Below are positions 39,565-49,560 of a stretch of 64,000 bases of DNA, piece after piece. The notes under the pieces were generated by a model. That model did no database searches and was not told where the DNA came from. It worked only from the letters and a program-made list of their open reading frames with translations. The position numbers and the translations under genes were made by a program. The stretch spans positions 385 to 64,384 of the forward strand of contig JAKISU010000002.1 in assembly GCA_021648445.1 (NCBI GenBank), read 5' to 3'. Every line of letters begins with the position of its first letter. The stretch's first letter is position 1. Origin of the DNA: Flavobacteriaceae bacterium (lineage in GTDB: Bacteria > Bacteroidota > Bacteroidia > Flavobacteriales > Flavobacteriaceae).

Positions 39565-40200
39565 ATGCAAAAACTTTTTATCTTAATTCTATTTTTATCA
39601 TTTTCTATTTCTGCTCAACAAGTGGCAATTTTGAAATATGGCGGTGGCGGTGATTGGTATGCAAACCCAACTGCAGTCCCTAATTTAATAGCATATAGCA
39701 ATACTAATATCAATACTGTGATTAATGAGAAACCAGAAACCGTTGAAGTAAGTAGTTCAGAAATATTTAATTACCCGATACTTTTTATGACAGGACATGG
39801 CAATATTTTTTTTACAGACAACGATGCAAAAAACTTGAGAAAATATTTAACCTCAGGCGGTTTTTTACATATCTCTGATAATTATGGTTTAGACAAATAC
39901 ATCAGAAAAGAACTAAAAAAAGTATTTCCGGCATTAGAATTACAAGAAATTCCATATAATCACCCTATTTATCATCAAACATTTTCTTTTGAAAGTTTAC
40001 CTAAAATTCATGAACATGATGGTAAACTTCCTCAAGGTTTTGGTATTTTCTATAAAGGAAGAATGGTTTGTTTTTATGACTATGAAAGTGATCTGAGTGA
40101 TGGTTGGGAAGATGAAGCTGTACATAATAACCCAAAACAAGTAAGAGAAAAAGCATTAAAAATGGGTTCAAACATTATTAAATATGTTTTTAATAATTAA
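39565..40200 (+). CDS. DUF4159 domain protein
   Basis: YGGGGDWYAN, YLTSGGFLHISDNYG, DLSDGWE. Confidence 0.85.
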   Translation: MQKLFILILFLSFSISAQQVAILKYGGGGDWYANPTAVPNLIAYSNTNINTVINEKPETVEVSSSEIFNYPILFMTGHGNIFFTDNDAKNLRKYLTSGGFLHISDNYGLDKYIRKELKKVFPALELQEIPYNHPIYHQTFSFESLPKIHEHDGKLPQGFGIFYKGRMVCFYDYESDLSDGWEDEAVHNNPKQVREKALKMGSNIIKYVFNN

Positions 40201-41158
40201 TAGTAATAAAGTTTTAGATAATTTAAAATTAAACTTTGATGATAATAGCCTTTGGGCAATGTACATCGCCTTAGCCATTATCATGTTTGGTGTTTCTTTA
40301 GAAATTACGATAGACGATTTTAAACGCCTTTCTAAAAAACCTAAATTGGTACTAATAGGCGTTTTTTCACAATTTTTATTATTTCCGTTAATTACTTTTG
40401 CGTTAGTAAATATTATCAATCCGATACCCAGTATCGCATTAGGAATGATTCTGGTTGCTGCTTGCCCCGGTGGTAATATTTCTAATTTTTTAACTCACCT
40501 TTCCGGAGGAAATACCGCCCTATCTGTTAGTCTAACAGCATTTGCAACACTAGTCGCTATTGTAATGACTCCTTTAAATTTACAATTCTGGGGTAATTTA
40601 TATGAACCTACATCTCAAATTTTACGAGATGTTAAACTCAATCCTTTTGAATTGGCAAAACTCGTTATGCTAATTTTAGGCGTTCCTTTACTTTTGGGGA
40701 TGTTATTTCGAAAACGTAATCCAACGATGGCTACAAAAATTGCTAAAGTTTTAAAACCTGTCTCAGTGCTAATTCTTATGCTATTTATAGCAGTTGCTTT
40801 TTATAATAATCTTGACATCTTTACAGAATATATTCACTATGTTATTTTCATTGTTATTTTGCATAATTTTTCAGGATTATTAGGAGGGTTTTATTTTGCT
40901 AAAGGCTTAAAACTCCCTTACTACAATCAAAAAACATTAGCTTTAGAAACCGGAATTCAAAATTCTGGCTTAGGCCTATTATTGGTATTTGCTTTCTTTG
41001 ATGGTTTAGGCGGAATGGCATTATGTGTTGCTTTTTGGGGTATTTGGGATATTTTATCTGGTTTGGTCATTGCCTATTATTGGTCTAAAACCTCTCCTAG
41101 AACTGCAAAAAACAGTTCTAATCCGCCTGAGGTGGAAGAGGTAAATTCATTTTATTAA
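40184..41158 (+). CDS. Bile acid:sodium symporter family
   Basis: AACPGGNISN, ETGIQNSG; start uncertain. Confidence 0.9.
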   Translation: MFLIINSNKVLDNLKLNFDDNSLWAMYIALAIIMFGVSLEITIDDFKRLSKKPKLVLIGVFSQFLLFPLITFALVNIINPIPSIALGMILVAACPGGNISNFLTHLSGGNTALSVSLTAFATLVAIVMTPLNLQFWGNLYEPTSQILRDVKLNPFELAKLVMLILGVPLLLGMLFRKRNPTMATKIAKVLKPVSVLILMLFIAVAFYNNLDIFTEYIHYVIFIVILHNFSGLLGGFYFAKGLKLPYYNQKTLALETGIQNSGLGLLLVFAFFDGLGGMALCVAFWGIWDILSGLVIAYYWSKTSPRTAKNSSNPPEVEEVNSFY

Positions 41159-41160
41159 AA

Positions 41161-41313
41161 GGTATTAAACCCCAGGGCAAGCTCTGGATCCATTAATAGG
41201 AATCGACCCAAGGGTCGAGGTATTAAACCCAAACCCCGCTGAAAAAGCGGGGTTAGTTCAACTAACAATTTTGAGTTCGTTTTACAAACTTCTCAAAATC
41301 GAGTTTCACTAAT
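41161..41313. mobile_element. Multi-hairpin repeat family C, copy 2
   Basis: Same blocks as 35121-35303; stems tcgaccc/gggtcga, ccccgct/agcgggg, attttgag/ctcaaaat. Confidence 0.7.
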
Positions 41314-41328
41314 TAAAAATACTGCTTA

Positions 41329-42366
41329 ATGTTAAAACAGATTTGGTATCGTCTCTTTAAAATATATATAAGTACAGGTCTCTTTTTCTTTTTTAAAAAA
41401 ATCAAGGTTCATAATGAAGATAATATTCCAAAAAAAGGAGCTATTTTATTAGTTTCAAATCATAAAAATGCATTGATAGATCCTTTATTAATTGCTACTT
41501 CGACTAAAAGAAATATTCATTTTTTAACAAGAGCGAGTGCTTTTAAACTAAAACCGGTTTATTGGTTTTTATCTACCTTAAATATGATTCCTATTTATAG
41601 AATGAGAGATGGTAAAGGAACATTGGCGAAAAACGAAGCTATATTTAATAAATGCTATAACATTCTAAATAAAAAAAAATGTCTGCTAATTTTCCCGGAA
41701 GGCACTCACAATATCAAACGCTGGGTAAACCCTTTAAGTAAAGGGTTTACCAGAATTACCTTTGGTGCTTTAGAACAAAACGCTGATTTAGAATTATATT
41801 TAGTTCCTGTAGGATTAAATTATGCCAATGCAACTGATTTTGCAGAAAGTGTCTCTGTCTATTATGGCAAACCTATTTTAGCAAATGATTATTATAATAA
41901 AGAGGAGTTAAATGCTTCTACACTCAAACTTAAAAATGAAGTACACAAAAAATTAACTGAGCTAACTACTCATATTGATACCGAAAATTATGATGATACT
42001 ATTAGGAAATTAGGGAATGTTGATTATTTAAATCCTAAAAAAATAAATGCCCTTATTAATGAACTTGATAATAACAAATCTCAAATTCCATTTAAAAATA
42101 ATAAATCTTCTCCGTTTTGGAAAGCCTTGAAAAGTATTGTTGCAATCAATAGTTTTATACCGCTGTTAATTTTCAAAACCTTTCGACCCAAGATCAAAGA
42201 AATTGAATTCGTAAGTACCACAAAACTTGCTATTGGTTTAACTGCTTTCCCTTTATTCTATACGCTACAAGGTTTGATAATCAATCTTTTTTTTGGAATG
42301 CAAGTATCACTTATTTATTTACTAATAAGTGTTGTTTTGGTGTTGTTTTTGGTTAAGAATAAATAA
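41329..42366 (+). CDS. Lysophospholipid/glycerol acyltransferase family
   Basis: NHKNALID (HX4D), IFPEGT. Confidence 0.9.
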   Translation: MLKQIWYRLFKIYISTGLFFFFKKIKVHNEDNIPKKGAILLVSNHKNALIDPLLIATSTKRNIHFLTRASAFKLKPVYWFLSTLNMIPIYRMRDGKGTLAKNEAIFNKCYNILNKKKCLLIFPEGTHNIKRWVNPLSKGFTRITFGALEQNADLELYLVPVGLNYANATDFAESVSVYYGKPILANDYYNKEELNASTLKLKNEVHKKLTELTTHIDTENYDDTIRKLGNVDYLNPKKINALINELDNNKSQIPFKNNKSSPFWKALKSIVAINSFIPLLIFKTFRPKIKEIEFVSTTKLAIGLTAFPLFYTLQGLIINLFFGMQVSLIYLLISVVLVLFLVKNK

Positions 42367-42531
42367 GTTTTTGTACTAAAATAAGTCCCATAATTTCTTA
42401 AGATTTTTAGCGGCTTGTTTTTGGGTAAGATTTTAGTTGATTTTTTAACGTAATATCAGCGAAAAAGAATTACGAAACACATCACGAACTCCTTAAAAAT
42501 AAAATAAAAAGGATGGTGAGAAAACGATTTA

Positions 42532-42695
42532 TATACCCAAACCATTTAGGTTTTCGGGAGTTTTGGCGAAAGTTATTTTTTTCTTTAAAAAGGCAAAAAA
42601 TTCAACCATAGCCTTTCTTACGGTTTTATTTTTTAACGCATTTAAAGGAAGAAAGAACGAGTCAAAAAACCGAAAGGCTGTGTGGTTTGGGTATA
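42532..42695. mobile_element. 164-bp MITE family A, copy 3 (intact, inverted relative to copy 2)
   Basis: Same TIRs and internal sequence. Confidence 0.9.
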
Positions 42696-42832
42696 CTTAA
42701 TCTTAAAAAATGTAAGATCCTGAAAATGATACCCTATTTCATTTAGGTAGGGGAGTTTTACTAATAGATGTAAAACAATAGCTAAGAGTAAATATTTGTA
42801 CTCAGAATCAAACTCCTTCCTAGAAGAGGTAA

Positions 42833-42905
42833 GAGCCAGTGCTAAACTCGTTTCAGTATGGCTTTAATCCCGAGTGTTCGGGATTAAAGGCGGAAGAATC
42901 TCACA
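42833..42905. repeat. REP mosaic containing the hairpin aatcccgagtgttcgggatt (42866-42885)
   Basis: Adjacent stems gctaaactcgtttcagt and ctttaatcccga/tcgggattaaag, then gaagaatctc. Confidence 0.55.
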
Positions 42906-43033
42906 CATCTCTCATAGTAGCATTGGACTAACTCTGAGGTTCTTTATAAAAAACAGAAATAATTTATTTACATAAATAACTTATTATAAGCTGATTACAT
43001 CTAAAATAATAAAAATTATAAATAATAGTTGGT

Positions 43034-43059
43034 TTTGTAGACGAGTGGTCATATATTTG
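43034..43059 (+). promoter_or_regulatory. tetR promoter (TTTG...TATATTTG) overlapped by putative operator TAGACGAGTGGTCATA
   Basis: The operator resembles the NemR-type TAGAC-N-GGTCTA box; related boxes at 43694 and 44584. Confidence 0.6.
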
Positions 43060-43079
43060 CATTTTATTATTTATAATAA

Positions 43080-43676
43080 ATGTCAAAGACACTTAAACAT
43101 GAGACCAAAGCAGAGTACCTTTTAGACAAAGGTATAGAGGTGTTGTGGTGTTGCGGTTATAATGGAACTAGTATTAATGATATTGTTAAAGCTGCAGACG
43201 TACCTAAAGGGTCATTTTATTTTTATTTTGATTCGAAAGAAGATTTTGTTGTAAAAGCACTAGGTAGATATTTTAATAAAATGTTTGCTGGGGCAAAAGA
43301 AATTTTAGAAGATAAAAACATTTCTGCTAAACAACGCTTGATAAACACCTATGAATATAGAATTAGAGTTCTTGTCGAAGAAATGCATTGCAAATTGGGT
43401 TGTTTAGCTAATAATATTGGTAATGAAATGTCTGAACATAGTGATAAGATTAGAAATACAGTCCTCGAACTGGAAAATAAAGTAAAAGAAAGTATAGTTA
43501 GTGTTTTTAAAGAAGCACAAGAGAATAAGGAAATTGAGTCTAACTTTGATGCTGAAAAAATTGTTGATTTTATTGAAGATGCCGGTAAGGGTGCTATGAT
43601 AACAATGAAAGAAAAACAAAGTTCAATACCATTAGAGAATACACTATTATTTATTAAAGAATTATTTTTAAAATAA
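43080..43676 (+). CDS. TetR/AcrR family regulator (NemR-like)
   Basis: GYNGTSINDIVKAADVPKGSFYFYFDSKE HTH; GCL motif. Confidence 0.92.
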   Translation: MSKTLKHETKAEYLLDKGIEVLWCCGYNGTSINDIVKAADVPKGSFYFYFDSKEDFVVKALGRYFNKMFAGAKEILEDKNISAKQRLINTYEYRIRVLVEEMHCKLGCLANNIGNEMSEHSDKIRNTVLELENKVKESIVSVFKEAQENKEIESNFDAEKIVDFIEDAGKGAMITMKEKQSSIPLENTLLFIKELFLK

Positions 43677-43693
43677 TTTTTTTGTAAATTAAA

Positions 43694-43707
43694 AGATGAC
43701 TGGTCAA
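43694..43707. promoter_or_regulatory. Putative TetR operator 2
   Basis: agatGACTGGTCaa just after the tetR stop. Confidence 0.55.
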
Positions 43708-43735
43708 CTGTAAACTAATTATTTTAAAAACAAAC

Positions 43736-43979
43736 ATGAAAAAAGAATCTAAAATCATAAAACTATCAATTAAATGAAACGAGCATGTTAATCCCGAAGA
43801 TTGAGGGCACATACAAGGGAATGACTCCCGACGATTCGGAAGCGAACAGTCCCGACCCCGATAGCTATCCGGGATTATCGAGATAACCGAATTGTCAAAT
43901 ATTATAGCCATATGAAACAAATCACATTAACCAAGGTGCATGGCAAATTACACTTGAAAATAGAATACAATTAAAATGA
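43736..43979 (+). pseudogene. Possible decayed small gene carrying three short hairpin insertions
   Basis: A-rich start context and ATG, early TGA, hairpins at 43790, 43826 and 43849. Confidence 0.35.
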
Positions 43980-44019
43980 TGATTTTCAATATAATACTAA
44001 ACTAGTCTAATATCTAACA

Positions 44020-44565
44020 GTGAAACGGTCTAATATCTTTTATCGGAAAATACTAATTTTATATATAACATTTTCTTTATGTATGCATGTTTCAGCTCAG
44101 AATATGGATCAAGAGTTTGCTTTTTCATATTTAGAAAGTAAAAATAATTCAATCAATGAATTAAAAGGGAACATTGTTGTTATAAATATTTGGAGTCCTA
44201 AATATCTACATGAAATTAATGCGTTAAACAAACTTGTAGAAAAATATAAAAATAATAAAGTGATTTTTCTTGCTATTACTGATGAAACTTATGAAAGTAC
44301 AATTCCTTTTTTAGAGAACGAACTTTTCAGTTATCAATATTTAGCTGGTGATGAAGCAAAAAAAATATTTGACAAATATCAAACCAGCATGTTTAAAACC
44401 TTTCCCATCCATATTATAATAAATCAGGAAGGAAAAATTGTATTCAAGAAAAAAGGAACAAGAAGAAACATAGAAAAAAGCTTAGAAAAAAGAATTAATA
44501 CATTATTAAACCAACAACAATCAAATGAGAGGTCAATCTCTAAATATCAATATTGTATGAAATAA
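44020..44565 (+). CDS. TlpA/redoxin-fold protein lacking CxxC
   Basis: LKGNIVVINIW...EINALNKL...FPIHIIINQEGKI; no active-site cysteines. Confidence 0.75.
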   Translation: MKRSNIFYRKILILYITFSLCMHVSAQNMDQEFAFSYLESKNNSINELKGNIVVINIWSPKYLHEINALNKLVEKYKNNKVIFLAITDETYESTIPFLENELFSYQYLAGDEAKKIFDKYQTSMFKTFPIHIIINQEGKIVFKKKGTRRNIEKSLEKRINTLLNQQQSNERSISKYQYCMK

Positions 44566-44583
44566 TTTTTTTTACCTTAAAAT

Positions 44584-44598
44584 AAACGACCGGTCAAA
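44584..44598. promoter_or_regulatory. Putative TetR operator 3
   Basis: aaacGACCGGTCaaa upstream of the RND gene. Confidence 0.55.
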
Positions 44599-44636
44599 TA
44601 GTAATTAACTAATACTTTATATATAAAATAAAAACA

Positions 44637-46994
44637 ATGAATACTTTAAAAAACATCAAAGAATCAACAAGCGGGATTGCCCAAAAGTGGGGAAAATTTG
44701 TCATTAAATACAAATGGCTCGTCCTTATTATAACAAGTGTTATGGCTTTAGGGTTAGGCTCTCAAGGCAACATGGAATTTGATGGCGACTATCATGTGTT
44801 CTTTAGTGAATCAAATCCTGAATTAGAAGCCTTTGATGCACTTCAGGAAAAATACACTAAAGATGACAATGTGATACTTGTACTATCTCCAAAAAATGGT
44901 AATGTATTTACAAAAGCCAATCTTATGGCTATTGAAGAACTTACAACCGAAGCGTGGAATACACCTTATTCGTCAAGAGTAGATGCAATCACAAATTTTC
45001 AACATACTAGAGCTGAAAACGATGATCTTTTTGTAGACGATCTGTCTTATGAATCTTCAAAAAAAACAGCTTCTGAAATCGAAAATATAAAACAAATAGC
45101 ACTTAAAGAACCTCTATTGGTCAATAGGATTATTAATGAAAAGGGAAGTGTAACAGCTATTAATATAACTGTAAAATTACCGGGAAAAGATATGGCTAAA
45201 GAAATTCCTGAAGTAACTGCATTCACTAGAGATATGGTGTCTGAATTCCAAAAGAAACATCCAAATTTTGAGGTGCATACCTCCGGATTGGTACCTTTAA
45301 ACACAGCATTTTTTGAATCTTCAATGAAAGATATGATGCTTACGGCAATTATGTTGATAATAGTAATAATCACCACTTTAATTTTAACCAGAGGGTTTTT
45401 CAGCACTCTAGCAACTTTTGTAGTGATTCTATTCTCTATTATGTCAGCTGTAGGTTTTGTAGGTATCATGGGTATTAAATTGACACCGCCATCAGCGGTT
45501 TTTCCTACAATGATACTGACCTTGGCGGTAGCAGATAGTATTCATATTTTAGTTACCATGTTGCAGAATATGAGACATAAAGGAATGTCTAAAAATGAAG
45601 CATTGGTAGATAGTATCAGGCTAAATTTTATGCCGATACTTATTACAACCCTTTCTACTGTAATTGGATTTTTAACAATGAATTTTGGAGATGTTCCTCC
45701 GTTTTGGGATTTAGGCAATATCACAGCTTTCGGTATGACCGTTGCTTTCATATATTCTTTAACAACCTTACCGGCATTGATTGCTATCTTTCCAATTAAA
45801 GTTAAAAAAACTGAGCAGCAAGAAATAATTCAAGATAAAGTTCGTGTAAGACCTTTAGTACGATTTGGAAATTATGTAGTAGAAAGACCCATAAAACTTA
45901 CCATTATATCATTAACCATTATAAGTGTATTGACATTTTTAGCCACAAAAAATACTTTTAATGACGAATTTATCAATTATTTTGATGAAAGTGTTCAGTT
46001 TAGAACTGATACCGATTACATCAGTAAAAACCTTACAGGAATATATAATGTGGAGTTTTCTGTTGGTGCAGGTGAAAGTGGCGGAATTAATAATCCTACC
46101 TATTTACAACATTTAAACAATTTTGAAGATTGGTTAAAAGAACAACCGGAAGTCATTCACGTAAATGCTTTTAGCGAAGTTTCCCGAAGAATAAATCGTT
46201 CTATGCATGGTGATGACCAAAGTTATTATCGTGTACCGGATGAACGTGAAAAAGCAGCACAATATCTGTTGCTTTATGAAATGTCTTTGCCTTTTGGTTT
46301 AGATCTAAACAATCAGGTAAATGTTGATAAATCAGAGTCAAGAGTAACAGTAACCATCCATAATGTGATTAGTTCAGAGATGATTGCCTTTTCTAAAAGA
46401 GCTGAAGATTGGTTGATACAGAATACACCTGAATATATGCATGCATTGGGAGTAAGTCCGACACTTATGTTTTCAAAACTTGGATTCAGACAAGCAGATA
46501 GTATGTTTAAAGGTAACGTTATTGCGTTAATTTTAATCTCTCTAGTCTTGATATTTGCTCTAAGGAGTTTTAAGCTGGGAGTATTAAGTATTATCCCAAA
46601 TGTAGCACCGGTATTGGTAGGGTTTGGGATATGGTATTTATATAAAGGACAAATAAATACAGGAATGGTGATTGTTTTCGGAATGACATTAGGGATCATA
46701 GTCGATGATACCGTTCACTTTATGTCAAAATTCTTAAGAGCAAGACGTGATTACGGATACAATGCGAAAGACGCAGTTGTCTATGCTTTTTCTACAGTCG
46801 GTACAGCATTGGTAACAACTACTATAGTGCTCATGGCAGGGTTTACAGTATTATCACAATCATCATTTGCTTTAAATAGTTATATGGCAAGAATTACTAC
46901 CATCATTATTTTGGCAGCTTTAATTATAGATTTTATCTTACTTCCATCATTGCTTATACTGGTAAGTAAGGATAAGAAAAGCATTAATAAATAA
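44637..46994 (+). CDS. MMPL/RND family transporter
   Basis: Two-fold TM repeat with LAVADSIH and GIIVDDTVH motifs. Confidence 0.92.
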   Translation: MNTLKNIKESTSGIAQKWGKFVIKYKWLVLIITSVMALGLGSQGNMEFDGDYHVFFSESNPELEAFDALQEKYTKDDNVILVLSPKNGNVFTKANLMAIEELTTEAWNTPYSSRVDAITNFQHTRAENDDLFVDDLSYESSKKTASEIENIKQIALKEPLLVNRIINEKGSVTAINITVKLPGKDMAKEIPEVTAFTRDMVSEFQKKHPNFEVHTSGLVPLNTAFFESSMKDMMLTAIMLIIVIITTLILTRGFFSTLATFVVILFSIMSAVGFVGIMGIKLTPPSAVFPTMILTLAVADSIHILVTMLQNMRHKGMSKNEALVDSIRLNFMPILITTLSTVIGFLTMNFGDVPPFWDLGNITAFGMTVAFIYSLTTLPALIAIFPIKVKKTEQQEIIQDKVRVRPLVRFGNYVVERPIKLTIISLTIISVLTFLATKNTFNDEFINYFDESVQFRTDTDYISKNLTGIYNVEFSVGAGESGGINNPTYLQHLNNFEDWLKEQPEVIHVNAFSEVSRRINRSMHGDDQSYYRVPDEREKAAQYLLLYEMSLPFGLDLNNQVNVDKSESRVTVTIHNVISSEMIAFSKRAEDWLIQNTPEYMHALGVSPTLMFSKLGFRQADSMFKGNVIALILISLVLIFALRSFKLGVLSIIPNVAPVLVGFGIWYLYKGQINTGMVIVFGMTLGIIVDDTVHFMSKFLRARRDYGYNAKDAVVYAFSTVGTALVTTTIVLMAGFTVLSQSSFALNSYMARITTIIILAALIIDFILLPSLLILVSKDKKSINK

Positions 46995-47029
46995 AATTAA
47001 CTAATAATAAATTATAAATAATAATAGAC

Positions 47030-47797
47030 ATGAATAATAAAATTTTAATAGTAATTGCAGTATTTGTATTAAATAGTGTAATCTCTTCGGCACAGAATGG
47101 TTTAGAAATAGCTAAAGCGGCAGACATAGCAGATACAGGTTTTGGAAGTTCTACCGTTCAACTTAAAATGACTTTAAAAAATAAAAACGGACAAACAAGT
47201 GAGCGTGAAATGAGTACCAAAACCTTAGAACTTAAAAATGATGGAGACAAATCATTAATCACATTTAACACACCAAAAGATGTAAAAGGCACAGCAACCT
47301 TAACCTTTACTCATAAGATAGGGAGTGACGATCAGTGGTTATATCTTCCTTCCATAAAACGAGTAAAACGAATTTCATCAAGTAATAAATCCGGTCCATT
47401 TATGGGAAGTGAGTTTGCTTATGAAGATTTATCTTCTCAAGAAGTAGAAAAATATACATATAAATTTGTGAAAGCTCAGGGTGATATACTTATTGTAGAT
47501 CAAGATCCTGTAGATCCGAAGTCAGGATATACACGTAGAGTTGTCAGTTATAATAAGGAAAAAGGCTATCGTATAGAAAAGGTTGAGTTTTACGATAGGA
47601 AAAATGCCTTACTTAAAACATTAATGTATAGTGGTTATAAACAATATAAAGGGAAATACTGGAGAGCTTCTACAATGGTTATGAGTAATCATCAAAGTAA
47701 TAAAGAAACGACATTGCAATTTTCGGACTATAACTTCGATCAAGAATTATCTGAAGATGATTTCTCTCAAAATGCGCTAAAAAGAGCAGGAAGGTAA
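47030..47797 (+). CDS. LolA-like outer-membrane lipoprotein-sorting protein
   Basis: PKDVKGT, DDQWLYLP..KRVKRIS, FMGSEFAYEDL. Confidence 0.88.
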   Translation: MNNKILIVIAVFVLNSVISSAQNGLEIAKAADIADTGFGSSTVQLKMTLKNKNGQTSEREMSTKTLELKNDGDKSLITFNTPKDVKGTATLTFTHKIGSDDQWLYLPSIKRVKRISSSNKSGPFMGSEFAYEDLSSQEVEKYTYKFVKAQGDILIVDQDPVDPKSGYTRRVVSYNKEKGYRIEKVEFYDRKNALLKTLMYSGYKQYKGKYWRASTMVMSNHQSNKETTLQFSDYNFDQELSEDDFSQNALKRAGR

Positions 47798-47829
47798 ACC
47801 ACACATTTAATGATTAGTCAATATAATTA

Positions 47830-47866
47830 AAATTGGGAACGATAATTATAAGTTTCCAATTTTTTT
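47830..47866 (+). terminator. Stem-loop with T-tract (attenuator or terminator)
   Basis: aaattgggaac...gtttccaattttttt. Confidence 0.5.
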
Positions 47867-47878
47867 CGGAATTCAACC

Positions 47879-49081
47879 ATGATAAAAAAAATAGTACTAT
47901 TTATAAGTGTAACTTTATTTGCAATTAGCAGTATAGCACAAGAAGAAACCAAAAATAAAGCGACTCATGATTTTGAGTTAGAACTTGAAGGAGAATACAG
48001 ATACTTCTTCAAAGCCCCATCTTTCAATAATCAAAAAGATCATTTTCCATCAATTGCTGTACGTCCTGAATATAATGTAGCGTGGAATGATGGTTACGAA
48101 AGTATTACTGTAAAAGGATTTTTCCGCTTGGACGTGGACAGTGAGCGGACACATTGGGACATCAGAGAATTATACTATCAAAAAGCTAAGGACAATTGGG
48201 AATTAAGTATCGGGCTTAAAAAAATATACTGGGGAGTTACAGAGAGTAATCATTTGGTTGATATTATCAATCAAACAGATGCAGTTGAAAGCTTTGATGG
48301 CGAACAGAAATTAGGTCAACCAATGGTACAATACTCCTTAAATACAGATTTTGGAACCTTTGACCTTTTCTATTTACCATATTTTAGAAAAAGAACGTTT
48401 CCCGGAGAAAAAAGTAGACTGCGATTTCCAATAATAATTACTAAAAATGATATAGGTTTTCAAAGTAATGCTGAAGAATGGCGTCAAGATGTTGCTTTTC
48501 GTTGGTCTCATAGTTTTTCTGTTTTTGATATTGGTCTCTCACATTTCTACGGAACAGGCAGAGAACCCATTTTTAATTTTAATCTAAACGGAAATATAAA
48601 TGCCTTTTACCCTGTCATAAATCAAACAGGATTAGATCTGCAAATAACACATGATGCTTTTCTTTGGAAAGCAGAATCAATTTACAGAACAAACATTTTT
48701 CAGGATATGTTTGCTTTTACTGCCGGATTAGAATATACCTTTAGCAATATTAAGAGTACAGGAGTAGACATTGGTCTTATAGGAGAATACCTTTATGATG
48801 ATAGAGATGAACTTGCCTTAAATGCATTACAAAATGACCTGTTTTTTGGAAGTAGAATTGCATTTAATGATGTGCAAAGTACTGAAATACTTTTAGGAGG
48901 AATAACAGACCTAAAGAAAAGCAGCAAAATATTTAGTATAGAAGCTTCACGACGTTTCGGAAAAAGTCTAAAACTGGAAATAGAAGGCAGACTGTTTAAT
49001 ACAATTGATGCAAATGAAATAATCTTATCAAACTTTAAGGATGATAGTTTTTTTAGAGTGACATTGTTTAAATATTTCTAA
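47879..49081 (+). CDS. Outer-membrane beta-barrel protein (DUF1302-like)
   Basis: Signal peptide, DIRELY, IYWGVTE..HLVDIINQ, C-terminal YF. Confidence 0.78.
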   Translation: MIKKIVLFISVTLFAISSIAQEETKNKATHDFELELEGEYRYFFKAPSFNNQKDHFPSIAVRPEYNVAWNDGYESITVKGFFRLDVDSERTHWDIRELYYQKAKDNWELSIGLKKIYWGVTESNHLVDIINQTDAVESFDGEQKLGQPMVQYSLNTDFGTFDLFYLPYFRKRTFPGEKSRLRFPIIITKNDIGFQSNAEEWRQDVAFRWSHSFSVFDIGLSHFYGTGREPIFNFNLNGNINAFYPVINQTGLDLQITHDAFLWKAESIYRTNIFQDMFAFTAGLEYTFSNIKSTGVDIGLIGEYLYDDRDELALNALQNDLFFGSRIAFNDVQSTEILLGGITDLKKSSKIFSIEASRRFGKSLKLEIEGRLFNTIDANEIILSNFKDDSFFRVTLFKYF

Positions 49082-49487
49082 CCCTAATGAAAAAATATTT
49101 TCATTCCTGTGCAGGCACTCATAAGCCTTAGCAACAAGATTGTCAAATTTTAAATTATTTCAGGTTCATTTTTTGGTAGATATGTTTTACATATTTTCAC
49201 TAGTATCCGAAAATTTTTAAAATATTGTTAAAAAGCCTCTATATCCCAGTAAATACTGTTCTAGAACTAATATTACCCAGGAAATAAGTCGATTTCAAAG
49301 ACCATTTTTGTTTTTGTTGATAGAGTAACTTTCTTAACACCTTCTCTGACCTCATTACACACATAGTCGAATGATAGATAATGATACAGACAGAATCATA
49401 TTTTTTCTGATAAGTTTGAAAAAGCAACTGTGGTTTTGGCAATAGTTCGCCTAATAAGTTCAGCTAAGTTCTAGTAATTACAGCATT

Positions 49488-49542
49488 AACCAAACCTATG
49501 GACTTCCAGTCCATAAGTTTGGTTGGCAGGCTGAAAGTCTGC
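49488..49542. repeat. Tandem hairpins downstream of psuG (terminator or IS200/605-end-like)
   Basis: aaccaaacctatggac-ttcca-gtccataagtttggtt and gcaggc-tgaaa-gtctgc. Confidence 0.55.
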
Positions 49543-49560
49543 TTCCTGAAATTACGGTAA

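Noticed and set aside
43654-43920. 88-aa minus-strand ORF containing PDSYR
   Set aside because: Crosses the palindrome hot spot and the tetR end; the peptide is a translation of the hairpins.
49239-49442. 67-aa ORF or possible transposase relic
   Set aside because: No recognisable motif in any frame; cannot be assigned without a search.
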